A stretch of DNA of 64,000 bases, from contig CAXXST010000002.1 in assembly GCA_963674855.2 (NCBI GenBank), forward strand, positions 558,887 to 622,886. The letters are read 5' to 3'. This DNA is from Dehalococcoidales bacterium. GTDB taxonomy: Bacteria > Chloroflexota > Dehalococcoidia > Dehalococcoidales > G020351185. Made by a program: the position numbers and the translations under genes. Under the pieces are notes generated by a model, which saw only the letters and a program-made list of their open reading frames with translations, searched no databases and was not told where the DNA came from. Each line of letters begins with the position of its first letter. Position 1 is the stretch's first letter. This document shows positions 54,962 to 63,891 of this stretch, in pieces.

Positions 54962-56536
54962 ATGAAGCTAAGCAAGATATCATGGCTGGTTATAGGCATT
55001 GGGATATTTGTGGTTGCAACAGTTGTCATTTACTTTATGTATCAGAGTAACGTAAATGAAAGAAAGGCAGCCGAAGAAGCCAAAGCCGAAGTTGAAGAAG
55101 TGCAACTGCCGGAATTGGAAGGGAAGAAACAAATCCTGGAAGACGAAATGGCGCAAAAAGAGGCTGAAATAGCGCAGTGGCAAGCCGAAATAGATCAACT
55201 TGTTGAGCAACTGAACCAGGTAGAACAGGAAGTTGGTCAGGCGCAGCAGGGTTTTCCCGTCTCAATAGACGGTATTGATTATAGCGAAACCTTGTTTGCC
55301 TTTGCTGATGCCTCTGGCATATATATAACCGGGCTGGATTCATCAGAACCGTCTCATCAAGACATGAACGAAAATACATATACGGTTACTTTGTTCAACC
55401 TGAGGATGCAGGGAGAGATAGCCGATATGCTTGAATTCCTGAAAATGATAGTAGATGATGAAGAATTCAAGACGGCTGTTATAGAGCCGGTAAGTCTGTC
55501 TGTGCCGGCTATATTGACCAATGAGCAGATAGATGAAATTAGAAATGCCCTTGAAAAGGAAATGATGGCAGATGCCTTGCAGGAAATTACAACACAACAG
55601 ATATTGGATTTCGTATTGGAAGCTATTGCAGAAGTAACAGGGGTGGACATTGAAACGCGGGTGGCTGAAGATATGGCTGAAACCATAAAAAACCGGATGC
55701 AGGAATCACTGGCAGGTGATTACAATGAATTACTATCCGGAGAGCTGGCAGATGTAATAATTGAATATATAACCAATTCAGTGGTGGGCGAAGTAATAAA
55801 GCCACTGGCGGAGGATATTGCGGCGCTCATAACACCAATGGAAGAAGTTCAAATAAGCACAATGATGAAAGACTGGTCGCCCGGCGCCAACTGGACAATC
55901 TATAACGGGCAGTTCCATGGAAAAGGCGGGGGAGGCATTGCTGAAAGGACGCTCACCCAAAACATTGATATAGATCTGAGTGCTAATGTTGGACAGGAAG
56001 TAACAATAAGCTGGGAGCAGGGTGAATCCGGACATATGGAATCTGGCGATATTTTGTACTTCGCCATTTCCAATGACGGAGGAATAACCTGGAGCGATAA
56101 CGAAGAAGCCTTCAGCGACGATAGCCAGTATGCCCCATTCAGCTATATCGTCCCCCAGTCATATCTTACAAACCAGTTCCGCATAAGGTTTTACTGGGCT
56201 GCAGATGACACCAGTGAATACTGTTTAGTGGAAAACATACAGATAAGCATACAGGAAGGCGGAGACGGTTTCCTGTATAATGCTTTGGTAGAGCTGCTGG
56301 GAGAAGATATTGCGGCGCTGCTGGGCGAACAAATAGCCAACTCAATGCCGGGAGATATAAACAGTATATTGACTGAGTTTATCGCCATGCTGGTGGAAGC
56401 CAAGATGGAAAGCTCGGTTTCCGGGCCAATAGATGCGGCGATAGAAGGATTAGTGGAACAACAGGTTGAAATTGCACAGATGCCAGAAGTTGATATAGAA
56501 CTGGCTGTCTATGCATACCAGGAAGAGGGGGAATAG
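54962..56536 (+). CDS. PilO-like bitopic coiled-coil protein carrying an inserted copy of the 130-aa repeat domain
   Basis: N-terminal transmembrane helix (ISWLVIGIGIFVVATVVIYF), a coiled coil, and a PilO-like segment (YTVTLFNLRMQGEIADMLEFLKMI). The inserted domain DWSPGANWTIYNGQF..ISNDGGITW..FRIRFYW spans 55871-56262. Confidence 0.55.
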   Translation: MKLSKISWLVIGIGIFVVATVVIYFMYQSNVNERKAAEEAKAEVEEVQLPELEGKKQILEDEMAQKEAEIAQWQAEIDQLVEQLNQVEQEVGQAQQGFPVSIDGIDYSETLFAFADASGIYITGLDSSEPSHQDMNENTYTVTLFNLRMQGEIADMLEFLKMIVDDEEFKTAVIEPVSLSVPAILTNEQIDEIRNALEKEMMADALQEITTQQILDFVLEAIAEVTGVDIETRVAEDMAETIKNRMQESLAGDYNELLSGELADVIIEYITNSVVGEVIKPLAEDIAALITPMEEVQISTMMKDWSPGANWTIYNGQFHGKGGGGIAERTLTQNIDIDLSANVGQEVTISWEQGESGHMESGDILYFAISNDGGITWSDNEEAFSDDSQYAPFSYIVPQSYLTNQFRIRFYWAADDTSEYCLVENIQISIQEGGDGFLYNALVELLGEDIAALLGEQIANSMPGDINSILTEFIAMLVEAKMESSVSGPIDAAIEGLVEQQVEIAQMPEVDIELAVYAYQEEGE

Positions 56537-56538
56537 AG

Positions 56539-58047
56539 ATGGCTAATAAAGTAACAATATATATAGAAGACACAGATATAAAGCTTCTGGTTACCAGCGG
56601 GAAAAAGGTTGATAAATGGGCTAGCTTATTATTGGAGCCAAGCCTTGTTCGGGATGGCGTTATTGTTGACGAGGAACAAGTCGCCGAAAGCGTAAAAAAC
56701 CTGCTGAAACTGGGCGGAGTAAGCCAGAAAAAGGTTACTGTGGGCTTAAGCGGTTTGAATTCAATATTCCGCATTATTACACTGCCTGAAATATCACAAT
56801 CGTTGCTTCCGGAAGCGGTAATGAATGAAGCGCGCCGGGTAATACCTGTTCCTCTGGATCAGGTGTATGTGTCATACCAGCAGATACCATCTTCAAAAGG
56901 AGAAATACGCCTTTTCCTGGTGGCTCATCCGCGAAACTCAACAGATGTGCTTGTAAAAACAATGATAAAGGCTGGTCTTAAGCCGGAAATATTGGATTTG
57001 GCGCCTCTGGCGCTGGCGCGTTGCAGTAATGAAAGCCGCTCTATAATCATAAACTCATGGCAGACATATATAGACATTATAATTATGAGCGATAATCTGC
57101 CACAGGTGATTCGCAGTATGTCATTGCCAACAGAAGCAGTGGCGGTTGAGGAAAAGCTGCCGTTTATCGCAGAGGAACTTGCCAGGACGGTTGCCTTTTA
57201 TAATTCAAGTAATCCGGCGAATCAGCTGGATGCGGAAGTGCCGCTTTTCGTCTGCGGTGATCTGGCAGATGTGCCGGATAGCTGGGAATCACTGGTAGAA
57301 AGATCAAAACACAGCGTATCTACGATGGTGCCGCCGATGGAATACCCGGAAACCTTCAGCCCGTACAGCTATATGGTAAATATAGGGCTGGCGCTTAAAG
57401 GGCAGCTACCTGGTGGGGCGGAAAACCATTATTCTATAATAGATTACAATGCCATGCCGGAAGTGTACCGGCCGGTAGGTATAAGCATGGTGCGGATATT
57501 GACACCGGTGGCTATAGTGATCGGTCTATGCGCTTTGGCTTGGGGAGGATTGCTTGTTAAGGACGTCGCTGATGAAACAGCCAGGATAAAAAACCAAAAA
57601 ATGGTCCTTGAATCACAGGCAATTATGTTGAATGGGCAGGTGATGGGGTTAATCAATGAGATTAATGATGTTGATGCTATAATTGAAGCATACCCGGATC
57701 AGGTGGCGCAAATAACAGGACAGATACAAACAATGAAGAACATTGATATAAGATTTGAAGAAACGCTAGCCGGGTTAAGCGAAGGACTTAACAAGACGGA
57801 TGCAGATATAAACGAGGTTATAGATTTGCTGCCGGCGATTATAAAGCTTAACGAGATGGATTATAGCAATGATGAAATAAGAATAATGGGAACAACACAG
57901 CAAGAAGATGATATCATCGCTTACGCTAAGACACTGGAAAACAGCGCATACTTCAGTGAAGTTACTATATTGTCAATAAACGAAACATACAGACAGGAAA
58001 ATGAGCAGGAATACAAGATGTACAATTTTGAATTCCTCGTAAAATAA
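56539..58047 (+). CDS. pilM: PilM-PilN fusion (actin-like ATPase fold plus transmembrane/coiled-coil PilN-like half)
   Basis: The N-terminal ~300 aa is PilM-like. A transmembrane helix (ILTPVAIVIGLCALAWGGLLV) follows, then a coiled-coil/ferredoxin-like tail. Confidence 0.7.
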   Translation: MANKVTIYIEDTDIKLLVTSGKKVDKWASLLLEPSLVRDGVIVDEEQVAESVKNLLKLGGVSQKKVTVGLSGLNSIFRIITLPEISQSLLPEAVMNEARRVIPVPLDQVYVSYQQIPSSKGEIRLFLVAHPRNSTDVLVKTMIKAGLKPEILDLAPLALARCSNESRSIIINSWQTYIDIIIMSDNLPQVIRSMSLPTEAVAVEEKLPFIAEELARTVAFYNSSNPANQLDAEVPLFVCGDLADVPDSWESLVERSKHSVSTMVPPMEYPETFSPYSYMVNIGLALKGQLPGGAENHYSIIDYNAMPEVYRPVGISMVRILTPVAIVIGLCALAWGGLLVKDVADETARIKNQKMVLESQAIMLNGQVMGLINEINDVDAIIEAYPDQVAQITGQIQTMKNIDIRFEETLAGLSEGLNKTDADINEVIDLLPAIIKLNEMDYSNDEIRIMGTTQQEDDIIAYAKTLENSAYFSEVTILSINETYRQENEQEYKMYNFEFLVK

Positions 58048-58062
58048 AGGTGGTGGCAGGTT

Positions 58063-59139
58063 ATGGATGTAATTGAATTATTACGCACATCAAAAGAAAT
58101 GGGGGCATCAGATTTACACCTGGTGGTCGCCAGCCCGCCCCTGATACGGGTTAACGGATCATTGGTATCTGTAAACGGTGCAGGTCCACTGACGGCAACA
58201 GAAATAAATGAGGGTTTTTTGCAGATTACCAGTCCGGAAGAAAGGGATAGTTTCCACCGGCAAATGGAGCTTGACTTTGGTTATATACTTTCCGGCGTGG
58301 GGCACTTTCGCTGTAATGCCGCCATGCAGCGCGGCGCTATAAGTCTGGCAATCCGATTGTTGCCGCCAAAGATACCGACAGTAGAAGAACTTGAGCTGCC
58401 GCAAATCTGCAAGCAGCTGATTATGAAACACAGGGGTTTAATAATAGTTACGGGTCCAACCGGCAGCGGTAAAACCACCACGCTGGCGGCAATGATACAA
58501 CATTTAAATACAAATGACAGCCGCCATATACTTACAATAGAAGACCCTATAGAATATGTGCATCCTTCAATAAACTGCGCTATAACGCAACGTGAGCTGC
58601 ATAGCGATACGCATTCCTTTGACGAGGCTCTGAGGCATGCGCTGCGGCAGGACCCGGACGTAATACTGGTAGGTGAGATGAGGGATCTGGAAACGGCGGC
58701 ATCTGTGCTGAGCCTGGCGGAAACCGGGCATCTAATTATAAGCACCGGTCATGCCCCCAGCGCCCCGCAGGCAATGGAAAGGATAATAGACCTGTTTCCG
58801 CTTCACGAGCGTAATCTGGCGCAGTCACGCCTTGCTTCATTGCTTATCGGCGCTCTGTGCCAGACATTGGTACCAAGAGCCGATGGTAGCGGCAGGATAG
58901 CCGCTGTTGAAATAATGATGGCTAATTCAGCCGTCAGGAACCTGCTGCGTGAAGGTAAAACATACCAGTTGCCCAATGCCATAAAGACGCATCGGGATGA
59001 GGGCATGATCTCACTGGACGAAGTGCTGGTTGAGCTCTACCTGAAGGGATTAATTACCGGGGAATCAGTGGTTAGCTATTGTAATAACCGCCAGGAAGTG
59101 GAAAGGCTGATTGGTAAGCTGGAAGTGCAGGGAGTCTAG
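58063..59139 (+). CDS. pilT: Type IV pilus retraction ATPase
   Basis: GASDLHLVVASPPLIRVNG, Walker A GPTGSGKTTT, Walker B DPDVILVGEMRD and GHLIISTGH. Confidence 0.85.
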   Translation: MDVIELLRTSKEMGASDLHLVVASPPLIRVNGSLVSVNGAGPLTATEINEGFLQITSPEERDSFHRQMELDFGYILSGVGHFRCNAAMQRGAISLAIRLLPPKIPTVEELELPQICKQLIMKHRGLIIVTGPTGSGKTTTLAAMIQHLNTNDSRHILTIEDPIEYVHPSINCAITQRELHSDTHSFDEALRHALRQDPDVILVGEMRDLETAASVLSLAETGHLIISTGHAPSAPQAMERIIDLFPLHERNLAQSRLASLLIGALCQTLVPRADGSGRIAAVEIMMANSAVRNLLREGKTYQLPNAIKTHRDEGMISLDEVLVELYLKGLITGESVVSYCNNRQEVERLIGKLEVQGV

Positions 59140-59184
59140 CCTTACTATAAGCAAAGATTATATTAGGCATTATATTAGGCATAG

Positions 59185-59212
59185 ATAGAGGGAGCCTCAA
59201 GGCTCCCTCTAT
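59185..59212. terminator. Bidirectional intrinsic terminator hairpin
   Basis: atagagggagcc-tcaa-ggctccctctat (12-bp stem) flanked by A/T-rich runs. Lies between the convergent pilT and pilin genes. Confidence 0.6.
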
Positions 59213-59234
59213 ATTATATTTTACTGTATGAAAG

Positions 59235-59639
59235 CTATTCATTAATGGTTACTACGCCGTTAGTGGCGATGTCATACGATTGCTTAAGTGGGTACTTGCC
59301 ACCCATCAGGTAATCACGCAGACTGCCGGTGCTGGGGTTGCCATCATCCAGTTTAGCCCTGACAAGCAGGATATCTGCTTCTTCCTGAACATCGTCATAT
59401 ACAGTTACCAGTTCATCGCTATCGTTGTCAAACATAAGAGAGATAACCGCTGCCTGAAAGTTATCGCGTTCGGTGTTTCTGGCTTCGTCATCTCCTTCGT
59501 TCATAAACCTTACAACGTTTGGTATGACGATGCCGGCTAATAAGCCGAGTATGGCAATAATTACCAGGATCTCAATAAGGGTGAAGCCCTTTTCTCCGAA
59601 AGTAAGTTGCCTTGGGAAAGCCTTTATACTATCAAACAT
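59235..59639 (-). CDS. pilA: Type IV pilin
   Basis: GEKG-FTLIEILVIIAILGLLAGIVIPN class III signal. 134 aa. Confidence 0.8.
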   Translation of the reverse strand: MFDSIKAFPRQLTFGEKGFTLIEILVIIAILGLLAGIVIPNVVRFMNEGDDEARNTERDNFQAAVISLMFDNDSDELVTVYDDVQEEADILLVRAKLDDGNPSTGSLRDYLMGGKYPLKQSYDIATNGVVTINE

Positions 59640-59780
59640 AAATCATCCTTCATAAGCCATCCTTAAATAAAGTAATACCTTTTGAAAGGCATAAAAAACT
59701 GCAATAACCAGAATTGCAACAGCTATATAAAGCTATACTGCATGCCGGCTAACTTAACACAGAGCCTAAAAACACAGAGC

Positions 59781-59817
59781 AACTCACCGGCGGGTAAACT
59801 TCATCTGCCGGTGAGTT
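59781..59817 (-). terminator. Terminator-like hairpin after the second pilin gene
   Basis: aactcaccggc / gccggtgagtt 11-bp stem with a 15-nt loop. On the minus strand it is followed by GCTCTGTGTTTTT. Confidence 0.45.
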
Positions 59818-59879
59818 ACTTCTATATACAAATTTCTGTAAAATAAATATATTTAATTACATAGATACTATCGTTATTC

Positions 59880-60261
59880 TTATTCCGCAGTTACCGAACC
59901 GTCCGTGGCAATGGTATATGATTGTGTAAGTGGATATTCGCCACCCATAAGATAGGTAGTCAGGTTGTCGCTACCGCCTGTTGCCATAACAGCCTGGCAT
60001 TCTGTCTCTGAATCTACGCCGGTGTGGCTGCTGGTTAAGGATGTGGCTCTATTAGCAAAAAGCAGCGCTGTTACGGCTGTCTGGACGTTAGCCAGTTCTG
60101 TTTGTGCGGCTTCCTCATCACCTTCACCCATAAAGCGGGTTTACGTTGGGGATGACAATGGCTGCCAGTGTTCCCAGAATCATAACCACCACCAGTAACT
60201 CGATAAGCGTGAAGCCCTTCTCTCCGTAACGGAAACTTTTCATTAACCTCTTCATCTTCAT
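59880..60261 (-). pseudogene. Second type IV pilin gene, interrupted by a 1-nt frameshift
   Basis: GGAGG precedes the ATG at 60261: MKMKRLMKSFRYGEKG-FTLIELLVVVMILGTLAAIVIPNV, then a stop at 60124. Deleting one T of the TTT at 60140-60142 joins it to the 59880..60131 ORF (..PNVTRFMGEGDEE..), parallel to the paralog ..PNVVRFMNEGDDE.. Confidence 0.7.
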
Positions 60262-60445
60262 TATTTCCTCCTTTCCTTATTTAATAGATTAAATAAATAA
60301 TGATAAGTGATATAAGGTATGATTTAGTTAGTTTTGATTATATTAGGGATAAGACTTAAGGTCAATAGCTTAAAAGTCATATATGGAATAGTACTTACGT
60401 ACCTTGTTAAAAACAGGCTGTTTACAGAGGGGGATATGGTGTAGA

Positions 60446-61806
60446 TTACTGCTTGTTTTCAAGTTGGCGCACATTAAAAACTTTTATCTTCTGGCGGCGG
60501 GCAAACTGCCGGGCTTCGGGTGAAAGGCCAGGCGAAGCGATAAAGGCCTTATCAAGAATGCCGATGTCATAGGCTTTATCATCAAATTCAAAGATGCGCT
60601 CCAGCGGGACAGGCTGCTTGCCTTCTGCAATACCAATGGCGATATGGTGAGTAATAATACCATCGTCCTTGGTAGCAAGAACATCTATAGTGTGCCGGGC
60701 GCCCGATTTACCCTTTATCCTGGCTTTCTCTTTTACCTCGTATCCGTATTGCTGAAGGTGCTGGATTAGCTGCGTCTTGGACCTGAATTTAAAAGGCAGT
60801 TTTTCACGCTTCTTTTTGGACGGCGCTGCCACAGCGGAAAGCACTGTATCCAGATCACGCACTTCAAGTACCTTGATTCTCTGCTGGTTGGCAAACTGCT
60901 CTGCCTCTCTGCCAAGCTCAGGGACAACAACCAGAATCTTGTCATGAATGCCGCTATCGTAGGCTTTATCGTCAAATCAAATATCTCGCCCAGCTCTATC
61001 TTTTCGCCGGCAACCTTAATGCCGATGGCAATAGTATAGCTATAGCTAACGATGCCATCATCTTTGGTTGCAGCAGGTCTATAACATGGGAAGCCCCGGA
61101 GCGCCCTTTGACACTGGCATTTTCAGTCACTTTGTAGCCCTGGTTTTAGAAACTTGATAAGCTGCGGTTTGGGTTTAACTTCAAACTCAAGCAGGCTGCG
61201 CTTGGCTTCGTTCAGCCAGTAGTGGAATATATCTGTCTTTATAATTTTGTCCTCGGAGGAAATGGTAAAACACTTAAGGCAGTGCCACTTCATAACAGGC
61301 ATGCCTAAAATTTCCTTGCATTCGCGGCATTTGTAAAGGACGCCCATACTGCGGTAATCGCCATTGACAGAACTCAGTGTTTGATGGCATTTAGGACAGA
61401 TGAACTTGCCGTTTATAAGAAACTCGTCTTCAATACCCATATAATTACAGGAAACATGCTCCATTATCCTGCCGCGCACGATATCTCCGGAGCCGCATTT
61501 GGGGCAGTGGAATATAGGCCTGAGGTTAATTGACTGGCATTGCGGGCAGCGCAACAACCTGTCAAAGAACTTCTTTTCCAGCAAACCTTCGCTTACCAGA
61601 GATTCCAGGATAGGCACAACCTCGTTGTCCTTCACCTCCAGTACCTTTGCCACTGAAGGGTAACTGAAACCGTCTGTGCTGGCAAAATCAAGCTGGGGGC
61701 GGATATCAAGTATATTGCCATCCAGCATTTCCGCAAGCAGTTTCATAGGCTTGCGGTTTAAAAGAAAACCCTTTATCTGCTGGAAACCAACGTGCTGTTT
61801 CTGCAT
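60446..61806 (-). pseudogene. Multi-Zn-ribbon / winged-helix-like protein with two C-terminal endonuclease-fold-like modules, broken by three indels
   Basis: 61123..61806 encodes CPQC, CPKC, CPKC, CREC and CLKC ribbons. The frame breaks at 61144-61147, near 61071 and at 60974-60976. The repaired reading gives ..NQGYKVTENASVKGRSGASHVIDLLATKDDG.. and then the intact 60446..60862 module. Confidence 0.6.
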
Positions 61807-61985
61807 TAGCCTTCATAATGCGCCTCAACGTATATGATAATGCGAAGTATAATCGCAGAAAAAGGCGAAGTCAATATGCCGCAAAGTAACTTTAATACAA
61901 TATAGATAACAATAATGCGGCGATATATGGCGCATAAAAAAAGCGCTATTGACTGAAGAGGTAAAAAAGGGCAAAATAGGTATCT

Positions 61986-62794
61986 ATGGAAGCTGTATAT
62001 ATAGCTGTCTTTGCCCTGCTGGGGATGGCTGTGGGCAGCTTTCTCAATGTTTGTATAGACCGCTTGCCCGCAGGCGGTTCGCTTGTATCCCTCCTTCGCA
62101 CTGCGATGCCTGTAACAAAAAGATTTCGGCAATAGAGAACATTCCCGTTTTAAGTTATATCTGGCTGCGGGGGCGTTGCCGCCACTGCCGGGCGGCAATC
62201 CCCCGGCGCGTGCTGCTGATAGAAATAATCAGCGGGATAGCTTTTGCCCTTATCTACTGGCGTTACGGCTGGAGTGCCGAGACGGCGGTAGTTATCTTCT
62301 ATTTCTGCCTTTTTCTGGTGATTATGGTTATAGACCTTGACCACAAGCTGATACTCAACAAGGTTATATATCCGGTTGCCGTGATAGCGGTAGTAATAAG
62401 TATATTTATGCCGCAGTTTGATTTAGCCCCAGGCATCATATTGAATACACAGGCGCCAAATATAACATTTGCCCCCGGACTTGTAAGTGCCCTGCTCGGC
62501 GGCATCGCCGGGATGCTGCTGTTTATATTTATCGCTATAGCCTCACGCGGCGGTATGGGTTGGGGAGATGTTAAAATGGCGGCTCTTTTGGGGTTGGTAT
62601 TGGGGTTCCCGCTGGTGTTTGTGGCGATATTCGTGGCGGTGGTAGCCGGGGGGCTGGTGGCTATAGCGCTGCTGATAGCAGGAACAAAAGGGCGCAAGCA
62701 GGGCATTCCGTTCGGTCCGTTTTTATCACTGGGAGCTATGGTTACCCTTCTGTGGGGTGCCGGAATGTTTGACTGGTATATGGGATATTTCTGA
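61986..62794 (+). CDS. pilD: Prepilin peptidase (A24 family), N-terminus displaced by a 1-nt indel
   Basis: MEAVYIAVFALLGMAVGSFLNVCIDRLPAGGSLV lies in one frame. ..PPSHCDACNKKI..CRHC.. and the polytopic body lie in the 61949..62794 frame. They join if the CCC at 62089-62091 is CCCC. Confidence 0.8.
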
Positions 62795-62884
62795 TTGCAG
62801 GTATAAAAAGTCCTGAAAATCACGCCTGACCTATTGACATGTCTAGTATAATAGTAATAGTATAATGGTCATGGGTAGGCATAA

Positions 62885-63160
62885 ATGCAGTTAGACAAAC
62901 GCAGGTCAAGCATAGAGATAATAGCCGATATGCTCAGGCTCGGTGAGGCGCATAAAACCGAGATAATGTATAGCGTCAATATGAGCTATTTTCAACTGCA
63001 GAAATACCTGGACTTTATGCTGGAGCGCGGCTTGATTGACAAGGTAAGGCTGGGGAACCCTTCGGTAACCTATCGGGTTACGGCTAAAGGGATAAAAGTA
63101 CTCAGAAGCATAGACTCGGTTCTGGAATGCCTGGAGCTGAGGGGGCAGGAAGAGGAATAA
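62885..63160 (+). CDS. Small winged-helix DNA-binding protein
   Basis: 91 aa: SIEIIADMLRLGEAHKTEIMYSVNMSYFQLQKYLDFMLERGLIDKV. An AT-rich TTGACA-containing region lies upstream. Confidence 0.55.
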   Translation: MQLDKRRSSIEIIADMLRLGEAHKTEIMYSVNMSYFQLQKYLDFMLERGLIDKVRLGNPSVTYRVTAKGIKVLRSIDSVLECLELRGQEEE

Positions 63161-63207
63161 ATACCGGTTTTATATTATAAGCCGCAAGGAAAAACGAAGG
63201 AGATGTT

Positions 63208-63645
63208 ATGGCAGAGAAGTTAATGTTGATAGTACCGGCAGACCTTATAACTAAGATTGACGCCAACCGGGGGGATTTGAGCCAGGCGGAGTTCATTAGC
63301 TTTCTGATTGACAGCATACTGAAAGAACGCACAGATGAACAAAAAGGCGCAAACAAGGAAGAACTGGAAGCTATAAGGGCTGACCTTAAGAAACTGATTG
63401 CCAGCTATGATGAAGCCAAGAAAAAGTATGCAACCAAAGATGAATTTCAGGCTTTCCTGCAGGACAACAAGAAACTGCTGAAAAGCTTTCTGGATTTTTT
63501 CATCGGCTACGGGCTTGAAATGGGCAAGAAATCATCCAACGGCGAACTGGCGGAAATAACCAGCAAGCTTCAGGGATTGGAAGAAGAACTGGCGACAGAG
63601 AATGAGGGAAAAGAAGGCGGCGAAGTTAAAATAAAGTGGAAATAG
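63208..63645 (+). CDS. Ribbon-helix-helix-like N-terminus plus charged coiled-coil protein, hypothetical
   Basis: KLMLIVPADLITKID..LSQAEFISFLIDSIL followed by a K/E-rich helix. GGAG precedes the start. Confidence 0.45.
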   Translation: MAEKLMLIVPADLITKIDANRGDLSQAEFISFLIDSILKERTDEQKGANKEELEAIRADLKKLIASYDEAKKKYATKDEFQAFLQDNKKLLKSFLDFFIGYGLEMGKKSSNGELAEITSKLQGLEEELATENEGKEGGEVKIKWK

Positions 63646-63677
63646 CATAGCCCGAAACAAAAGCCATAAACAAAAAC

Positions 63678-63703
63678 AAAACCCTCTTGAAAAAGAGGGT
63701 TTT
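63678..63703 (+). terminator. Rho-independent terminator
   Basis: aaaaccctctt-gaaa-aagagggtttt followed by TTGTT, 33 nt after the stop of ORF 63208..63645. Confidence 0.7.
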
Positions 63704-63891
63704 TTGTTATCCAAAAAGAAAATTCAGCCTTTCTACGTTCAATAGAACATTGTTCTAGTATACAAAACCTTCCCATAATCTGACTCCTGTGCAATATTCA
63801 AGTAAGACAGTTTGTTGTATGGCAAAGAAAAGGAGCCATAGCATAGCCTTACAGAAAAGAAAAAGGCTATGAAAACAGGAGGAAAGATAAA

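Noticed and set aside
59140-59880. Sigma54-type (GG-N10-GC) promoter upstream of the pilin genes
   Set aside because: TGG and TTGC elements are present upstream of 59639, but the spacing is wrong (about 5 nt instead of 10). No enhancer-binding protein gene is nearby.
46132-61806. Endonuclease-fold modules as a restriction-modification or other defence system
   Set aside because: No methyltransferase, helicase, ATPase-nuclease pair or specificity subunit is adjacent. Most copies lack the catalytic E-x-K. The modules are fused to, or neighbour, pilus genes. I therefore report them as a pilus-associated oddity rather than a defence locus.
61806-62823. Minus-strand ORFs 61806..62198 (130 aa) and 62299..62823 (174 aa)
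   Set aside because: They are antisense to the clearly recognisable prepilin peptidase gene and have odd composition. I treat them as shadow ORFs.
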